A DNA stretch of 64,000 nt from Heterodontus francisci (Eukaryota). The notes under the pieces were generated by a model. It worked only from the letters and a program-made list of their open reading frames with translations, ran no database searches and was not told the origin of the DNA. Positions 25,019-36,444 of the stretch are shown here, piece after piece. Position numbers and translations under genes: made by a program. The stretch covers positions 56,545,095 to 56,609,094 of the forward strand of contig NC_090403.1 of assembly GCF_036365525.1 (NCBI RefSeq). Reading direction: 5' to 3'. The first letter of the stretch is position 1. Each line of letters starts with the position of its first letter.

Positions 25019-26847
25019 ACTCTACCAGTCATGGATGAGCTGGACATACAGCCAACCAAATCGGAACTCAGTGATGCCATTGATTCTCTAGCCAGCGGAA
25101 AAGCCCCTGGGAAGGACAGCATTACCCCTGAAATAATCAAGAGTGCCAAGCCTGCTATACTCTCAGCACTACATGAACTGCTATGCCTGTGCTGGGACGA
25201 GGGAGCAGTACCCCAGGACATGCGCGATGCCAACATCATCACCCTCTATAAAAACAAAGGTGACCGCGGTGACTGCAACAACTACCGTGGAATCTCCCTG
25301 CTCAGCATAGTGGGGAAAGTCTTTGCTCGAGTCGCTGTGAACAGGCTCCAGAAGCTGGCCGAGCGCGTCTACCCTGAGGCACAGTGTGGCTTTCGTGCAG
25401 AGAGATCGACTATTGACATGCTGTTCTCCCTTCGTCAGATACAGGAGAAATGCCGTGAACAACAGATGCCCCTCTACATTGCTTTCATTGATCTCACCAA
25501 AGCCTTTGACCTCGTCAGCAGACGTGGTCTCTTCAGACTACTAGAAAAGATCGGATGTCCACCAAAGCTACTAAGTATCATCACCTCATTCCATGACAAT
25601 ATGAAAGGCACAATTCAACATGGTGGCTCCTCATCAGAGCCCTTTCCTATCCTGAGTGGTGTGAAACAGGGCTGTGTTCTCGCACCCACACTTTTTGGGA
25701 TTTTCTTCTCCCTGCTGCTTTCACATGCGTTCAAATCCTCTGAAGAAGGAATTTTCCTCCACACAAGATCAGGGGGCAGGTTGTTCAACCTTGCCCATCT
25801 AAGAGCGAAGTCCAAAGTACGGAAAGTCCTCATCAGAGAACTCCTCTTTGCTGACGATGCTGCTTTAACATCTCACACTGAAGAATGCCTGCAGAGTCTC
25901 ATCGACAGGTTTGCGTCTGCCTGCAATGAATTTGGCCTAACCATCAGCCTCAAGAAAACGAACATCATGGGGCAGGATGTCAGAAATGCTCCATCCATCA
26001 ATATTGGCGACCACGCTCTGGAAGTGGTTCAAGAGTTCACCTACCTAGGCTCAACTATCACCAGTAACCTGTCTCTAGATGCAGAAATCAACAAGCGCAT
26101 GGGTAAGGCTTCCACTGCTATGTCCAGACTGGCCAAGAGAGTGTGGGAAAATGGCGCACTGACACGGAACACAAAAGTCCGAGTGTATCAGGCCTGTGTC
26201 CTCAGTACCTTGCTCTACGGCAGCGAGGCCTGGACAACGTATGCCAGCCAAGAGCGACGTCTCAATTCATTCCATCTTCGCTGCCTTCGGAGAATACTTG
26301 GCATCAGGTGGCAGGACTATATCTCCAACACAGAAGTCCTTGAAGCAGCCAACACCCCCAGCTTATACACACTACTGAGTCAGCGGCGCTTGAGATGGCT
26401 TGGCCATGTGAGCCGCATGGAAGATGGCAGGATCCCCAAAGACACATTGTACAGCGAGCTCGCCACTGGTATCAGACCCACCGGCCGTCCATGTCTCCGT
26501 TATAAAGACGTCTGCAAACGCGACATGAAATCGTGTGACATTGATCACAAGTCGTGGGAGTCAGTTGCCAGCATTCGCCAGAGCTGGCGGGCAGCCATAA
26601 AGACAGGGCTAAATTGTGGCGAGTCGAAGAGACTTAGTAGTTGGCAGGAAAAAAGACAGAGGCGCAAGGGGAGAGCCAACTGTGCAACAGCCCCAACAAA
26701 CAAATTTCTCTGCAGCACCTGTGGAAGAGCCTGTCACTCCAGAATTGGCCTTTATAGCCACTCCAGGCGCTGCTTCACAAACCACTGACCACCTCCAGGC
26801 GCGTATCCATTGTCTCTCGAGATAAGGAGGCCCAAAAGAAAAGAAGA
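25019..26847 (+). mobile_element. 5'-truncated young RTE (BovB-group) LINE
   Basis: Short 3' UTR and (GAA)n-like tail. 8-bp TSD AGTATGGG at 25011-25018 and 26848-26855. Confidence 0.93.
25031..26788 (+). CDS. RTE reverse transcriptase, open 585-aa frame (no endonuclease, 5'-truncated)
   Basis: NYRGISLLS, QCGFR, FIDLTKAFD, GVKQGCVLAP and LFADD motifs. C-terminal CxxC..SRIGLYSH..C motif. Confidence 0.9.
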   Translation: MDELDIQPTKSELSDAIDSLASGKAPGKDSITPEIIKSAKPAILSALHELLCLCWDEGAVPQDMRDANIITLYKNKGDRGDCNNYRGISLLSIVGKVFARVAVNRLQKLAERVYPEAQCGFRAERSTIDMLFSLRQIQEKCREQQMPLYIAFIDLTKAFDLVSRRGLFRLLEKIGCPPKLLSIITSFHDNMKGTIQHGGSSSEPFPILSGVKQGCVLAPTLFGIFFSLLLSHAFKSSEEGIFLHTRSGGRLFNLAHLRAKSKVRKVLIRELLFADDAALTSHTEECLQSLIDRFASACNEFGLTISLKKTNIMGQDVRNAPSINIGDHALEVVQEFTYLGSTITSNLSLDAEINKRMGKASTAMSRLAKRVWENGALTRNTKVRVYQACVLSTLLYGSEAWTTYASQERRLNSFHLRCLRRILGIRWQDYISNTEVLEAANTPSLYTLLSQRRLRWLGHVSRMEDGRIPKDTLYSELATGIRPTGRPCLRYKDVCKRDMKSCDIDHKSWESVASIRQSWRAAIKTGLNCGESKRLSSWQEKRQRRKGRANCATAPTNKFLCSTCGRACHSRIGLYSHSRRCFTNH

Positions 26848-27549
26848 AGTATGGGGGTAATTTGCTCTGCTATTTATAGCAGAATCGTAAACTCAGTTTT
26901 TATACCAGAGTTTACAGTTTTGCTAAACATAGTGAATGGAGAGGACCTTCTCTCTTTTATCTGTAAATTCAGGTACAGAAATGGAATTCGTGAGCTGATG
27001 ATCATGTACAGGTGCTATCTTGTATTCAGGCCAGCAAAGAGAATCATCTTGTACAAAAACTACCATATTTAGTAAAACAAAAATCCAAACAGATTCAGAT
27101 TAAGACTAAAATTAGTTAACTTGGTATAAATTAAGTTTTAATAAAGCTTAAGGCATCAGGAGTTGTAGCTGCTATAGTCTGCCTGCAGATATTGATTTCA
27201 TTGCACTTAAAACGTCACACTAACTTTCCCTGGCTTTGCTGTGTTGCGACTCTCTATTTTACTTATCTTTATGCTTTCAAGGATTAGTTCCAGTAATATC
27301 TATGCTCTCAGCAAAGGCCAAAGTATAATTTTGGGTATGGGCTCAGTGGAAGAGCCCCCAGGGTGGGCAAGTTTTCCTTTTTTTGTGTCAACCTGGTTTC
27401 TAAGGTCACTTATAAAAATTCAAATAAGTAATCCATAGAATCATTTTTATTAACAGCAAAATACTGCAGATGCTGGAACTCTGAAATGAGAACAGAAAGT
27501 GCCGGAAATACTCAGCAGGTCTGGCAGCATTGGTGTAGAGAGAAACACA

Positions 27550-27584
27550 GTTAACGTTTCAGGTCTACGACCCTTCATCAGAAC
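27550..27584 (-). ncRNA. Minimal type I hammerhead ribozyme motif (Penelope-associated)
   Basis: Minus strand GTT-CTGATGA-AGGGTCGTAGACCT-GAAA-CGTT-AAC: intact CUGAUGA/GAAA core, stem II, palindromic ACGU stem III, GUU cleavage triplet, stem I GUU/AAC. Confidence 0.75.
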
Positions 27585-28301
27585 GGGCAAAAGTTAGAAA
27601 TGCAACAGTCTTTGAGCAAGTAAGAGGGTGGGTGGGGGGACGGGGAAGTAGAACAAGAAGGAAGGACTGTGATAGGACAGAGGAGAGGGGAGGTTAACTA
27701 ACAGATGTCATGGAACAGAATGCAAATAAAGTGCTAAATAGTTGCAGCAAAAGACAAAGCATGAGTCCAGAGAGAGTGTTAATGGCAGAATAATGAACAG
27801 CTCTGTATGAAAGCAAAAACATGAAAAATAAGTTAAAGACTAACACATGGTTAAAAAATAAAATTAAAAAAAAATTTAAAAAAAAAAATTTAAAAAATGG
27901 GGCTCATGGTCTAAAATTATTGAACTCAATATTGAGTCCAGAAGGCTGCAGAGTGCCTAATCAGAAAATGAGATGATGTTCCTCGAGCTTGGGTTGTTGT
28001 TACTGGAATACTGCAGCAGGCTGAGGACAGAAATATGAGCATGGGAACAAGGTGGAGAATTAAAGTGGCAAACAACCGGAAGTTCGGGATCATACTTACG
28101 GACCGAGCGGAGGTGTTCTGCAAAGTGGTCACCCAATCTGCGTTTGGTGTCCCCAGTGTAGAGGAGACCGCACTGTGAGCAGCGAATACAGTATACTAAA
28201 TTGAAAGAAGTACAGTAAATTGCTGCTTTACCTAGAAGGAGTGTTTGGGGCCTTGGATGGTGAGGAGAGAGGATGTAAAAGGGCAGGTATTACACCTCCT
28301 G

Positions 28302-30524
28302 GAAATAAAGGTACTGAATTGGGGAAAGGCTGGTTTCAATATGATAAAGCAGGATCTGGCCAAAGTTGACTGGGAGCAGCGACTTGTAGGAAAGTCTACA
28401 TCAGACCAATGGGAGTCATTCAAAAAGGAAATAGTGAGAGTTCAGGGCCAACATGTTTCTGTAAAGGTGAAGGGTAGGACCAACAAGTCCAGGGAACCCT
28501 GGATGTCAAAGGATATAGAGGATTGGATATGGAAAAAAAAAAGGAGGCTTATGGCAGATTCAGAGCACTGAAAACAGCGGAGGCCCTAGAGGAGTATAGA
28601 AAGTGTAGGGGGGAGGGGGGGTACTTAAAAAAAAAAAAAGTAATTAGGAGAGTGAAGAGGGGAAATGAAAAAACACTGGCGGGCAAGATAAAGGAAAATC
28701 CCAAGGCATTTTATAAGTATATTAATGGCAAGAGGATAACCAGGGAAAGAGTAGGGCCCATTGGGGACCAGAGTGGCAATCTGTGTGGAGCTGGAGGACA
28801 TAGGTGAGGTTTTAAATGATTACTTTTCATCTGTGTTCACTATGGAGAAGGATGATGTAGGTGCAGAGATCAGGGAGGGGGATTGTGACGTACTTGAACA
28901 TATTCGCATTGAAAGGGAGGAAGTATTAGCTGTTTTAGTGGGCTTAAAAGTGGATAAATCCCCAGACCCAGATGAGATGTATCCCAGGCTGCTATGTGAG
29001 GCAAGGGAGGAGATTGCAATGGGGTCTGACATAAACTTTCAAATCCTCTCTGGCCACAGCAGAGGTACCAGAGGACTGGAGGATAGCGAGTGTGATACCA
29101 TTATTCAAGAAGGGTAGCAGGGATAAACCAGGGAATTAGAGGCCAGTGAGTCTAACATCAGTGGTAGGGAAACTATTGGAAAAAATTCTGAGGGACAGGA
29201 TTAATCTCCACTTGGAGAGGGAGGGATTAATCAGGGATAGTCAGTATGGCTTTGTCAGGGGGGCGATCGTGTCTAACAAACTTGATTAAATTTTTCGAGG
29301 AGGTGACTCGATGTGTAGATGAGGGTAAGGCAGTTAATGTAGTCAACATGGACATCAGTAAGGCTTTTGACGAGATCCCACTTGGGAGATTGGTTAAGAA
29401 GGTAAGAGTCCATGGGATCCAGGGCAATTTGGCAAATTGGATCCATAATTGGCTTAGTGGCAGGAGGCAGAGGGTGATGGTCGAGGGTTGTTTTTGCGGG
29501 TGGAAGCCTGTGACCAGTGGTGTACCACAGGGATCGGTGCTGGGACCCATGCTTTTTGGAATGTACATTAATGATTTAGACGTGAATATAGGAGGTATGA
29601 TCAGTAAGTTTGCAGATGACACAAAAATTGTTGGTGTCGTAAATAGTGAGAAATAAAGCCTTAGATTACAGGGCGATATAGATGGGCTGGTAAAATGGGC
29701 AGAGCAGTGACAAATGGAATTTAATCCTGAAAAGTGTGAGGTGATGCATTTTGGGAGGACTAACAAGGCAAAGGAATATACAATGGATGGTATGACCTTA
29801 GGAAGTACAGAGGGACCTTTTGGTGTACTTGTCCATAGATCACTGAAGGCAGCAGCACAGGTAGATAAGGTGGTTAGGAAGGCATATGGGATACTTGCCT
29901 TTATTAACCGGGGCATAGAATATAAGAACAGGGCGGTTATGATGGAGCTGTATTAAATGTTAGTTAGGCCACAGCTGGAGTACTGTGTACAGTTCTAGGC
30001 ACTACACTATAGGAAGGATGTGATTGCACTGGAGTGAGTGCAGAGGAGATTCACCAGGATGTTGCCTGGGCTGGAGCATCTCAGCTATGAAGAGAGACTG
30101 GGTAGGCTAGGCTTGTTTTCCTTAGAGCGGAGAAGGCTGAGGGGAGATATGATTGAGGTATACAAAATTATGAGGGGCATTGATAGGTTAGATAGGAAGA
30201 AACTTTTTCCCTTAGCGGAGGGGTCAATAACCAGGGGGCATAGATTTGAGGTAAGGAGCAGGAGGTTTAGAGGGGATTTGAGGAAAAATGTACTTACCCA
30301 GAGGGTGGTGGGAATCTGGAATGCACTGCCTGAAGAGGTGGTTGAGGCAGGAACCCTCACAACATTTGAGAAGTATTTAGATGAGCACTTGAAACGCCAT
30401 AGCAGACAAGGCTACGGACCAAGTGCTGGAAAATGGGATTAGAATAGTTAGGTGCTTGATGGCCGGCACAGACACGATGGGCCAAAGGGCCTGTTTCTGT
30501 GCTGTATAACTTTATGATTCTAAT
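28302..30524 (+). mobile_element. 5'-truncated CR1 LINE nested in the Penelope element
   Basis: GVPQGSVLGP and KFADDTK motifs, CR1 3' tail. TSD ACCTCCTG at 28294-28301 and 30525-30532. Confidence 0.92.
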
Positions 30525-31989
30525 ACCTCCTGCGATTGCATGGGAAGGTGCCATGGGAAAGGGAAGAGGTGTCGGGGTAATGCAGGAGTGGACCAGAGTG
30601 TCGCGGACGGAACGATCCCTTCAGAATGCTGACAGAGAAGGGGAGAGAAAGATGTGTTAGGTGGTGGCATCACGCTGAAGGCGGTGGAAATGGCTGAGGC
30701 TGATCCTGTGGATGTGGAGGCTGGTGGGCTGGAAAGTGGGGACAAGGGTAACCCTGCCGCAATTCTGAGAGGGAGTTGAAGGGGTGAGGGCAGATGTTTG
30801 GGAAATGGGTTGGGCACGGTTGAGGGCCTTGTCAACCACAGTGCTGGTGAATCCTCGGTTGAGGAAAAAGGAAGACATATCCGAGGCGCTGTTGTGGATG
30901 GTTGCATCATTTAAACGGATGCGTCAGAGGCGGAGACACTGGGAGAATGGAATGGAATCCTTACAGGAGGTAGGGCGTGAAGAAGTGTAGTCAAGGTAGC
31001 CGTGGTAGTCGGTGGGCTTATAATAAATACGTGTTGTCAGCCTATCCCCAGCGATGGAGACAGAGAAGTCGAGGAAGGGAAGGGAAGTGTTGGAGATGGA
31101 TCATGTGAAGGTGAGAGAAAGGTGGAAATTGGAAGCAAAGTTGATGAAGTTTTCCAGTTTGGGTCGAGAGCAGGAAAGGGCACCGATACAATCATCAATG
31201 TACCGGGAAAAAGAATTGGGGAAGGGGGTCTGAGTAGGACTGGAACAAGGAATGTTCGACATATCCCACAAAATGACAGGCATAACTAGGACCCATGTGG
31301 GTACCCATAGCAACCCCTTTTATTTGGAGGAAGTGAGTGGAATTGAAGGAGAAGTAGTTCAATGTGAGAACAAGTTCAGCCAGGCGGAGGAAGTTGGTGG
31401 TGGATGGGAACTGGTTGGGCCTCTGTTCAAGGAAGAAGCGGAGAGCTCTCAAACCGTCCTGATGGTGATGGAGGTGTAGAGAGATTGGACGTCCATGGTG
31501 AAGAGGAGATGGTTAGGGACAAGAAACTGTCGAAAAGACGTAGGGTATCAGAAGAGTCATGGGTGTAGGTGGGAAGAGACTGGACAAGGGGAGAAAAAAA
31601 AGATTCAAGATAGGAGGCAATAAGTTCTTTGGGGCAGGAACAGGCTGAAACGATGGGTCTACTGGGACAGTCCTGTTTGTAGATTTTTATCATTTTGTCT
31701 TGCCTGTTTGTGTCAGTTTGTTCCCTCTTAAATCATTTTGTTGAGCTCGAGGGGCCTGATCCCTGGCAAAGCAGTGCTTGAAGCACATACAACTCTTCTA
31801 ATTTGCGCATGCATTTCTTAGTGACTGGTTTGTCTTTTTAAAATTTCTTTGTCCCAAGAGATTTGGAAAGGGTTGTTTTTAGTGATGTTGTCTCAGTGAA
31901 TAAAATGAGAATCAAACCATCAAGATCTGTTGGTATCAGTAAGCTTAAAGTTGGACTTCAACTTTATATTATTCCCCCGAGGCTCAATA

Positions 31990-32810
31990 ATACACCAAGT
32001 GTTTACAGCTCAGAAACAGGCCATTTGGTCCAACAGGTCCATGCTGGCTTTACGCTACACATGAGCCTCCTCCCTCCCCACTTCATCTCACGCTACCAAT
32101 ATATCCTATTCTTTTCTCCCTCAAGTGTTATTCTAGCTTCCCCTTGAATGCATTTGTACTATTTGCCTCAACCACTCCCTGTGATCGTGAGTTCCACATT
32201 CTAGTCACATCTGTATGATGCACCAAGATACAAAGGTTAAACACTCATCTGATTCACTAATTTCCTTTATGGAAGGGAATCGGCCTCCTTACCTGGTCTG
32301 GCCTACATGTGACTCCAGACCCACAGCAATGTGGTTGATTCTTAACTGCCCTCTGAAATGTAACAAGCCTAACAAGCCACTCAGTTGTCAAGGGCAGTTA
32401 TGGATGGGCAGCATGCTCACATCCCACATCCCATGAAAGAATAAAAAAAACACTCTCTGCTGTAGTTAATGGTTCATTCTCTGATTCATACTCTTAGTCC
32501 TTCAACTTACATAGAAACATAGAAAATAGGAGCAGGAGTAGGCCATTCGGCCCTTCGTGCCTGCTCTGTCATTCATTATGATCATGGCTGATCATCCAAC
32601 TCAGTAACCTGTTCCCGCTTTTGCCCCATATCCTTTGATCCCTTTAGACCCAAGAGCTATATCTAACTCCTCCTTGAAAACATACAATGTTTTGGCCTCA
32701 ACAGCTTTCTGTGGTAGTGAATTCCAGAGGCTCACCACTCTCTGGGTGAAGAAATTTCTCCTCATCTCTGAAAGGTTTACCCCGTATCCTGAGACTATGA
32801 CCCTTCGGGA
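31990..32810. mobile_element. Cluster of short CR1 3' tails (-) and a SINE fragment (+, ~32245-32450)
   Basis: aggagcaggagtaggccattcggccc CR1 terminus. The SINE tail tcaagggcagttatggatgggc is shared with the 43960-45080 LINE. Confidence 0.6.
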
Positions 32811-33744
32811 CTATGTTCTATTTTCCATTCTGTTTCTTCATATCTTATTTTTCAGTGATGTCCTTCACTCAACATCCAACCCTTTCTATTTTTTATCTGG
32901 CCAATATTGAGTTAAACTATAGAATGGTTAACATCTACTCACATTGCAATGGTAGAATCACTGTTCTTGATCTCATGCCTTTAGGTCAGTAGTGCATATG
33001 TTTCTCCCCAAAATCTTCAAACCCATGGGCTGGTTTTAGATTTTTGCCTGACAGGTGTAAAGTTGGTGGAGGGTCTGTCATCAGTGAGCTGTGAACCCCA
33101 CTGCAGCTCGATGGTTGGGCGGGTAAGAAATGGGCTCACTCCCACTCTGAACTGGCTAGTAGGTCAGGACAGGGCAGGGGGCCGCTGGGAAGTTGATCCC
33201 AGAGAAGGTTGAGCATAGGCCAGAAGAAAGCTGCAGTATGTTAGTGGGGGCCATCTTTTTTTTTGTACCCTCCCTTCTAGTAGTTGTCTTGCACTCCTGA
33301 GGTGTCAGCTTGGACTCAGTGGTGGCATTCACCTCGGAGTCAGAAGGTTGCTGACAGTTAAATCAATTGATGTGACAGAGAGATTAAAGCAGCTAACTGC
33401 ATAGGATATATGGCACAGAAACAGGCCATATCGGTGTCTATGCTGCACTTGAACCTCGCATCTTTCCTCATCCAAATCTATCATCGTAACTATTCCCTTC
33501 TCCCTCATATGCTTGCCTTGCTTCCCTTAAATGTATCTATACTATTCATTTCATCCACTCTCTGTAGTAGCAAGTTCCACATTCTCATCACTCTTACCTA
33601 TTTTATACCAAGTTTACATTGGATGTTCCTGTCTGTCGTAGCATGCCCTCTATCATTGCTCGCATGACAATTATAGTGAGTGCCATATTCCTCACTCAGT
33701 GAATACCCTCTGCTTTCTCTTGATTCCTAATTTACATTTTATAT

Positions 33745-33749
33745 TGTGT

Positions 33750-33792
<43 letters not shown>
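33745..33792. repeat. (TG)n/(TA)n microsatellite
   Basis: Directly visible. Confidence 0.95.
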
Positions 33793-33795
<3 letters not shown>

Positions 33796-34772
33796 TTTGC
33801 CTGCATTAATAACCAATGGCTGGCTCGGTGTCCTCTCTCTCTTAGGTTCCCATTAGCCAGATAAATGGATACTTTCTTTAATATTTAATATAAAACATGC
33901 TCTGTTATTAGCTCTTCTCTTGAGGGTTGAGCAATGCAAGGCTAAAATGTACATACATTATCATAATGAAAACTGTGGTACATGAAAAATTAATAGCTGG
34001 AGCACCATTTAATTCACTATGATTTTCCCCTGCCAAAACAAGTTCTTTGAAAACCCCAATGTGGTTGTAGTGGTACCTGTCAACACAGATGACAATCTGA
34101 CAGAGTAAAATCCAGGATTTTAAATGGTAGTCTAGCAGTAATATCCCAACAAGCAGAAATTTGCAATTTCCAAAAATAAATGTGTTTCTTAAATGGGGTT
34201 GGCTTACAAATGTCCCTTAAATTATGCCGCAACTTTTAATTCAACTGGACAAATAGGTTTTAAAGTGATTATCTTTCAGACCACCTTCGGCTTCATTTTT
34301 CCAGCCATGGTGATTGAATTTGGTTTATAAGAAATCTGCATAATCCACAAATTCTTCACTGAAATTTTGGGAGTGCTGGAGAGAACTGAGAAATGGCCAT
34401 CTTTACTCTGGGTGAGATATTGAACTTATAATTGTCGTCCATTTCTTTCAATGGAAGAAGGAAGTGCCTGTATAAATTCTGCTACTATACATTTCCAAAT
34501 TAACACATCGTGTTCGAGGCTACATTATTTCTCAACCTCAAAACCCATTGTTGTAATAAACGTGTGCTGTAGTGAAAGGTAAATCTCGTTGATGTTTGAG
34601 GAACTTGCTCTTTAAATACACCAAATGGTTCACAGAGTGACTTGGGGCTTGAAAATTCCAGTTACTAACTAATCAGGCTCTGTTGTTCTATAGATTTGGT
34701 GCGGATGTACTGAGAAAAAGAAAATCATATTCGAGCTTTGACAACTCTATTGTGTTATTCTAAACCACCTAA

Positions 34773-34791
34773 GAGCACCATCTGGTGGCAA
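34773..34791 (-). promoter_or_regulatory. CTCF-like motif
   Basis: Minus strand TTGCCACCAGATGGTGCTC closely matches the CTCF core CCACCAGRKGGCGC. Confidence 0.5.
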
Positions 34792-34987
34792 CTCTTGCCA
34801 CCTATACATTTTTAAATAATTTGGAATCAAGCTGATCAAGCCAAGTGGTTGGGTGGGAACAAAGTTGAATTATGAAGTGATGTAACTAGATTTATTGGGT
34901 ATTGTTAGCAAATGCCTTTTTATCAATGTGTTTTACTGACCATTTCCATCGTGTGTAACAAAATACATGACTTGTGTTTATGAATAG

Positions 34988-35059
34988 GATTCTTGTGGCC
35001 CTACGGCACCATTCCACAACGGAACTCCACGTGCTTCCAGTATAATTGGCAGGGAGAAG
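34988..35059 (+). CDS. SMARCE1: Candidate SMARCE1 cassette exon 4a: DSCGPTAPFHNGTPRASSIIGREK
   Basis: gaatag| acceptor with upstream TACTGAC branch-like site, AAG|GTAACT donor. 72 nt, phase 0-0 like the host intron, no stop codon. Confidence 0.7.
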
Positions 35060-35199
35060 GTAACTATCAAACTTCTAAATCTATAGGATCGTAATAGCAA
35101 GAGCAAAAGAGCAGCCTTGACAGGCTAAAGGTCAGAGAGTGAGTCCCAAAAAAAGACATTCCAAGCATCCATCCTCTTACATAGAAGTCAGTGGGTTTC

Positions 35200-36020
35200 A
35201 CCTCTATTAGAAATAAATAGGAGGGTGAAGGGGATTTATTGCTCGTTTAAGTAATATAAATTCAAAGTATTTAGCAGTGAGAAGCACCTTTTGAAAAGCA
35301 TTAGGTTGCCGGGCAAAATGTGGGAAGGGATGTTCTACAGGGATCGCTGCTGGGCTGATGTTCACAACTTACATTAACGATTTAGAGTCAAGGAATTGAA
35401 CATGCAATTTCAAAATTTGTGGATGGCACCATATCGATAATTGTATTTCATACAAAGGAAGAATGCAACAAACTTGCAGAATATTCATGTAAGTGGCAAA
35501 TTAATTTCAATATAGACAAGTATGAGGTGGTACATTTTATTAGGAAGAATAAGGAAGTCGCATACTGTTTGGATAGTAGGTATAAATGAGGTAGAGGAGC
35601 AAAGAGATCTAGGAATACAGATACACAAATCATTTGAAGTAGCAATGCAGGTTAATGCCGTTTCTAAAAAAAAAATGCAAACCAGGCCCTCACTTCTAGA
35701 TGGTTAGAATTGAAATGCAGCGATGCTATGTTAAACTTGTATCAAACCTTGGTTAGACCACACTTGGTATACTGTACACATAAAAAGGATATAAAAGCAT
35801 TGGTAAAGGTGCAAAAAGGCTCCACAAGAGTAATTCCAGAAAAGAGAGGATATTCTTATCAGGAAAAGGCTGAATAGCCTGGGGCTCTTTTCTCTAGAAC
35901 AGAAAAGGCTGAGGGGTGACCTGATAGAAGTCTTCAAGATGATGAAAGAGTTTGAGAGGGTAGATGTAGAGAAAATGTCTCCACTTGTGGCAAGTTCAAA
36001 ACTAAAGGCTGTAAGTATAT
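35200..36020 (+). mobile_element. Decayed CR1 RT/3' fragment
   Basis: Degenerate gttctacagggatcgctgctggg (VPQGSVLG-like) and ctgaggggtgacctgatagaagtc (LRGDLIEV). Confidence 0.7.
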
Positions 36021-36444
36021 GATGATGACAGCAACATGCAATTAAATACATCTTTAACATAGTAAACCATCCCAAGGCACTTCACAGGAAAGTTACCGAC
36101 CAAAATTTAGCACGAAGCTGTATAAGGAGCGATTAGGACAGGAGCATGGTGAAAGAGTTGAATTTTAAGGAGTACCTTAAAGGAGGAGAGAGAGAGAGAG
36201 ATATAGATAGGTGGAAGGGAGAGAAGCTTAGAGACAGTTGAGCAGATGACCTCACTCTTAGTAACAAAGAGGCCCAGGGGTTCCTCGCAATTGTTGTTGG
36301 AGGTGAGGGTGGAGGAGATGGGGGAGAGGGGTTTTAGAAGATGGTTTGTAGTGGAGAAGAGAAGCTGGGGTTTATCATTGCATTCCAAAATGATCCTGGA
36401 AAAGCGAGCAGATTTGGCAGAGTTTTGGGAGCAGGACCTGATAG

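Larger units (their letters stand above)
27452..31690 (-). mobile_element. Penelope-like element (degenerate RT, GIY-YIG, pseudo-LTR), split by a CR1 insertion
   Basis: RPIVSACSCP, QIKGVAMGTHMGPSYA and RYIDD motifs. PCNRRRCNTCPF is restored across the CR1 insertion. Pseudo-LTR at 27452-27900. Confidence 0.9.

Noticed and set aside
25031-26788. 585-aa ORF as a host or domesticated gene
   Set aside because: It has a TSD, a tail, 5' truncation and a close paralogue at 54.2-55.9 kb, so it is an ordinary young LINE.
29227-29916. Long antisense ORFs over CR1 RT (also 37216-37692, 48474-48893)
   Set aside because: They are shadow frames of CR1 coding sequence.
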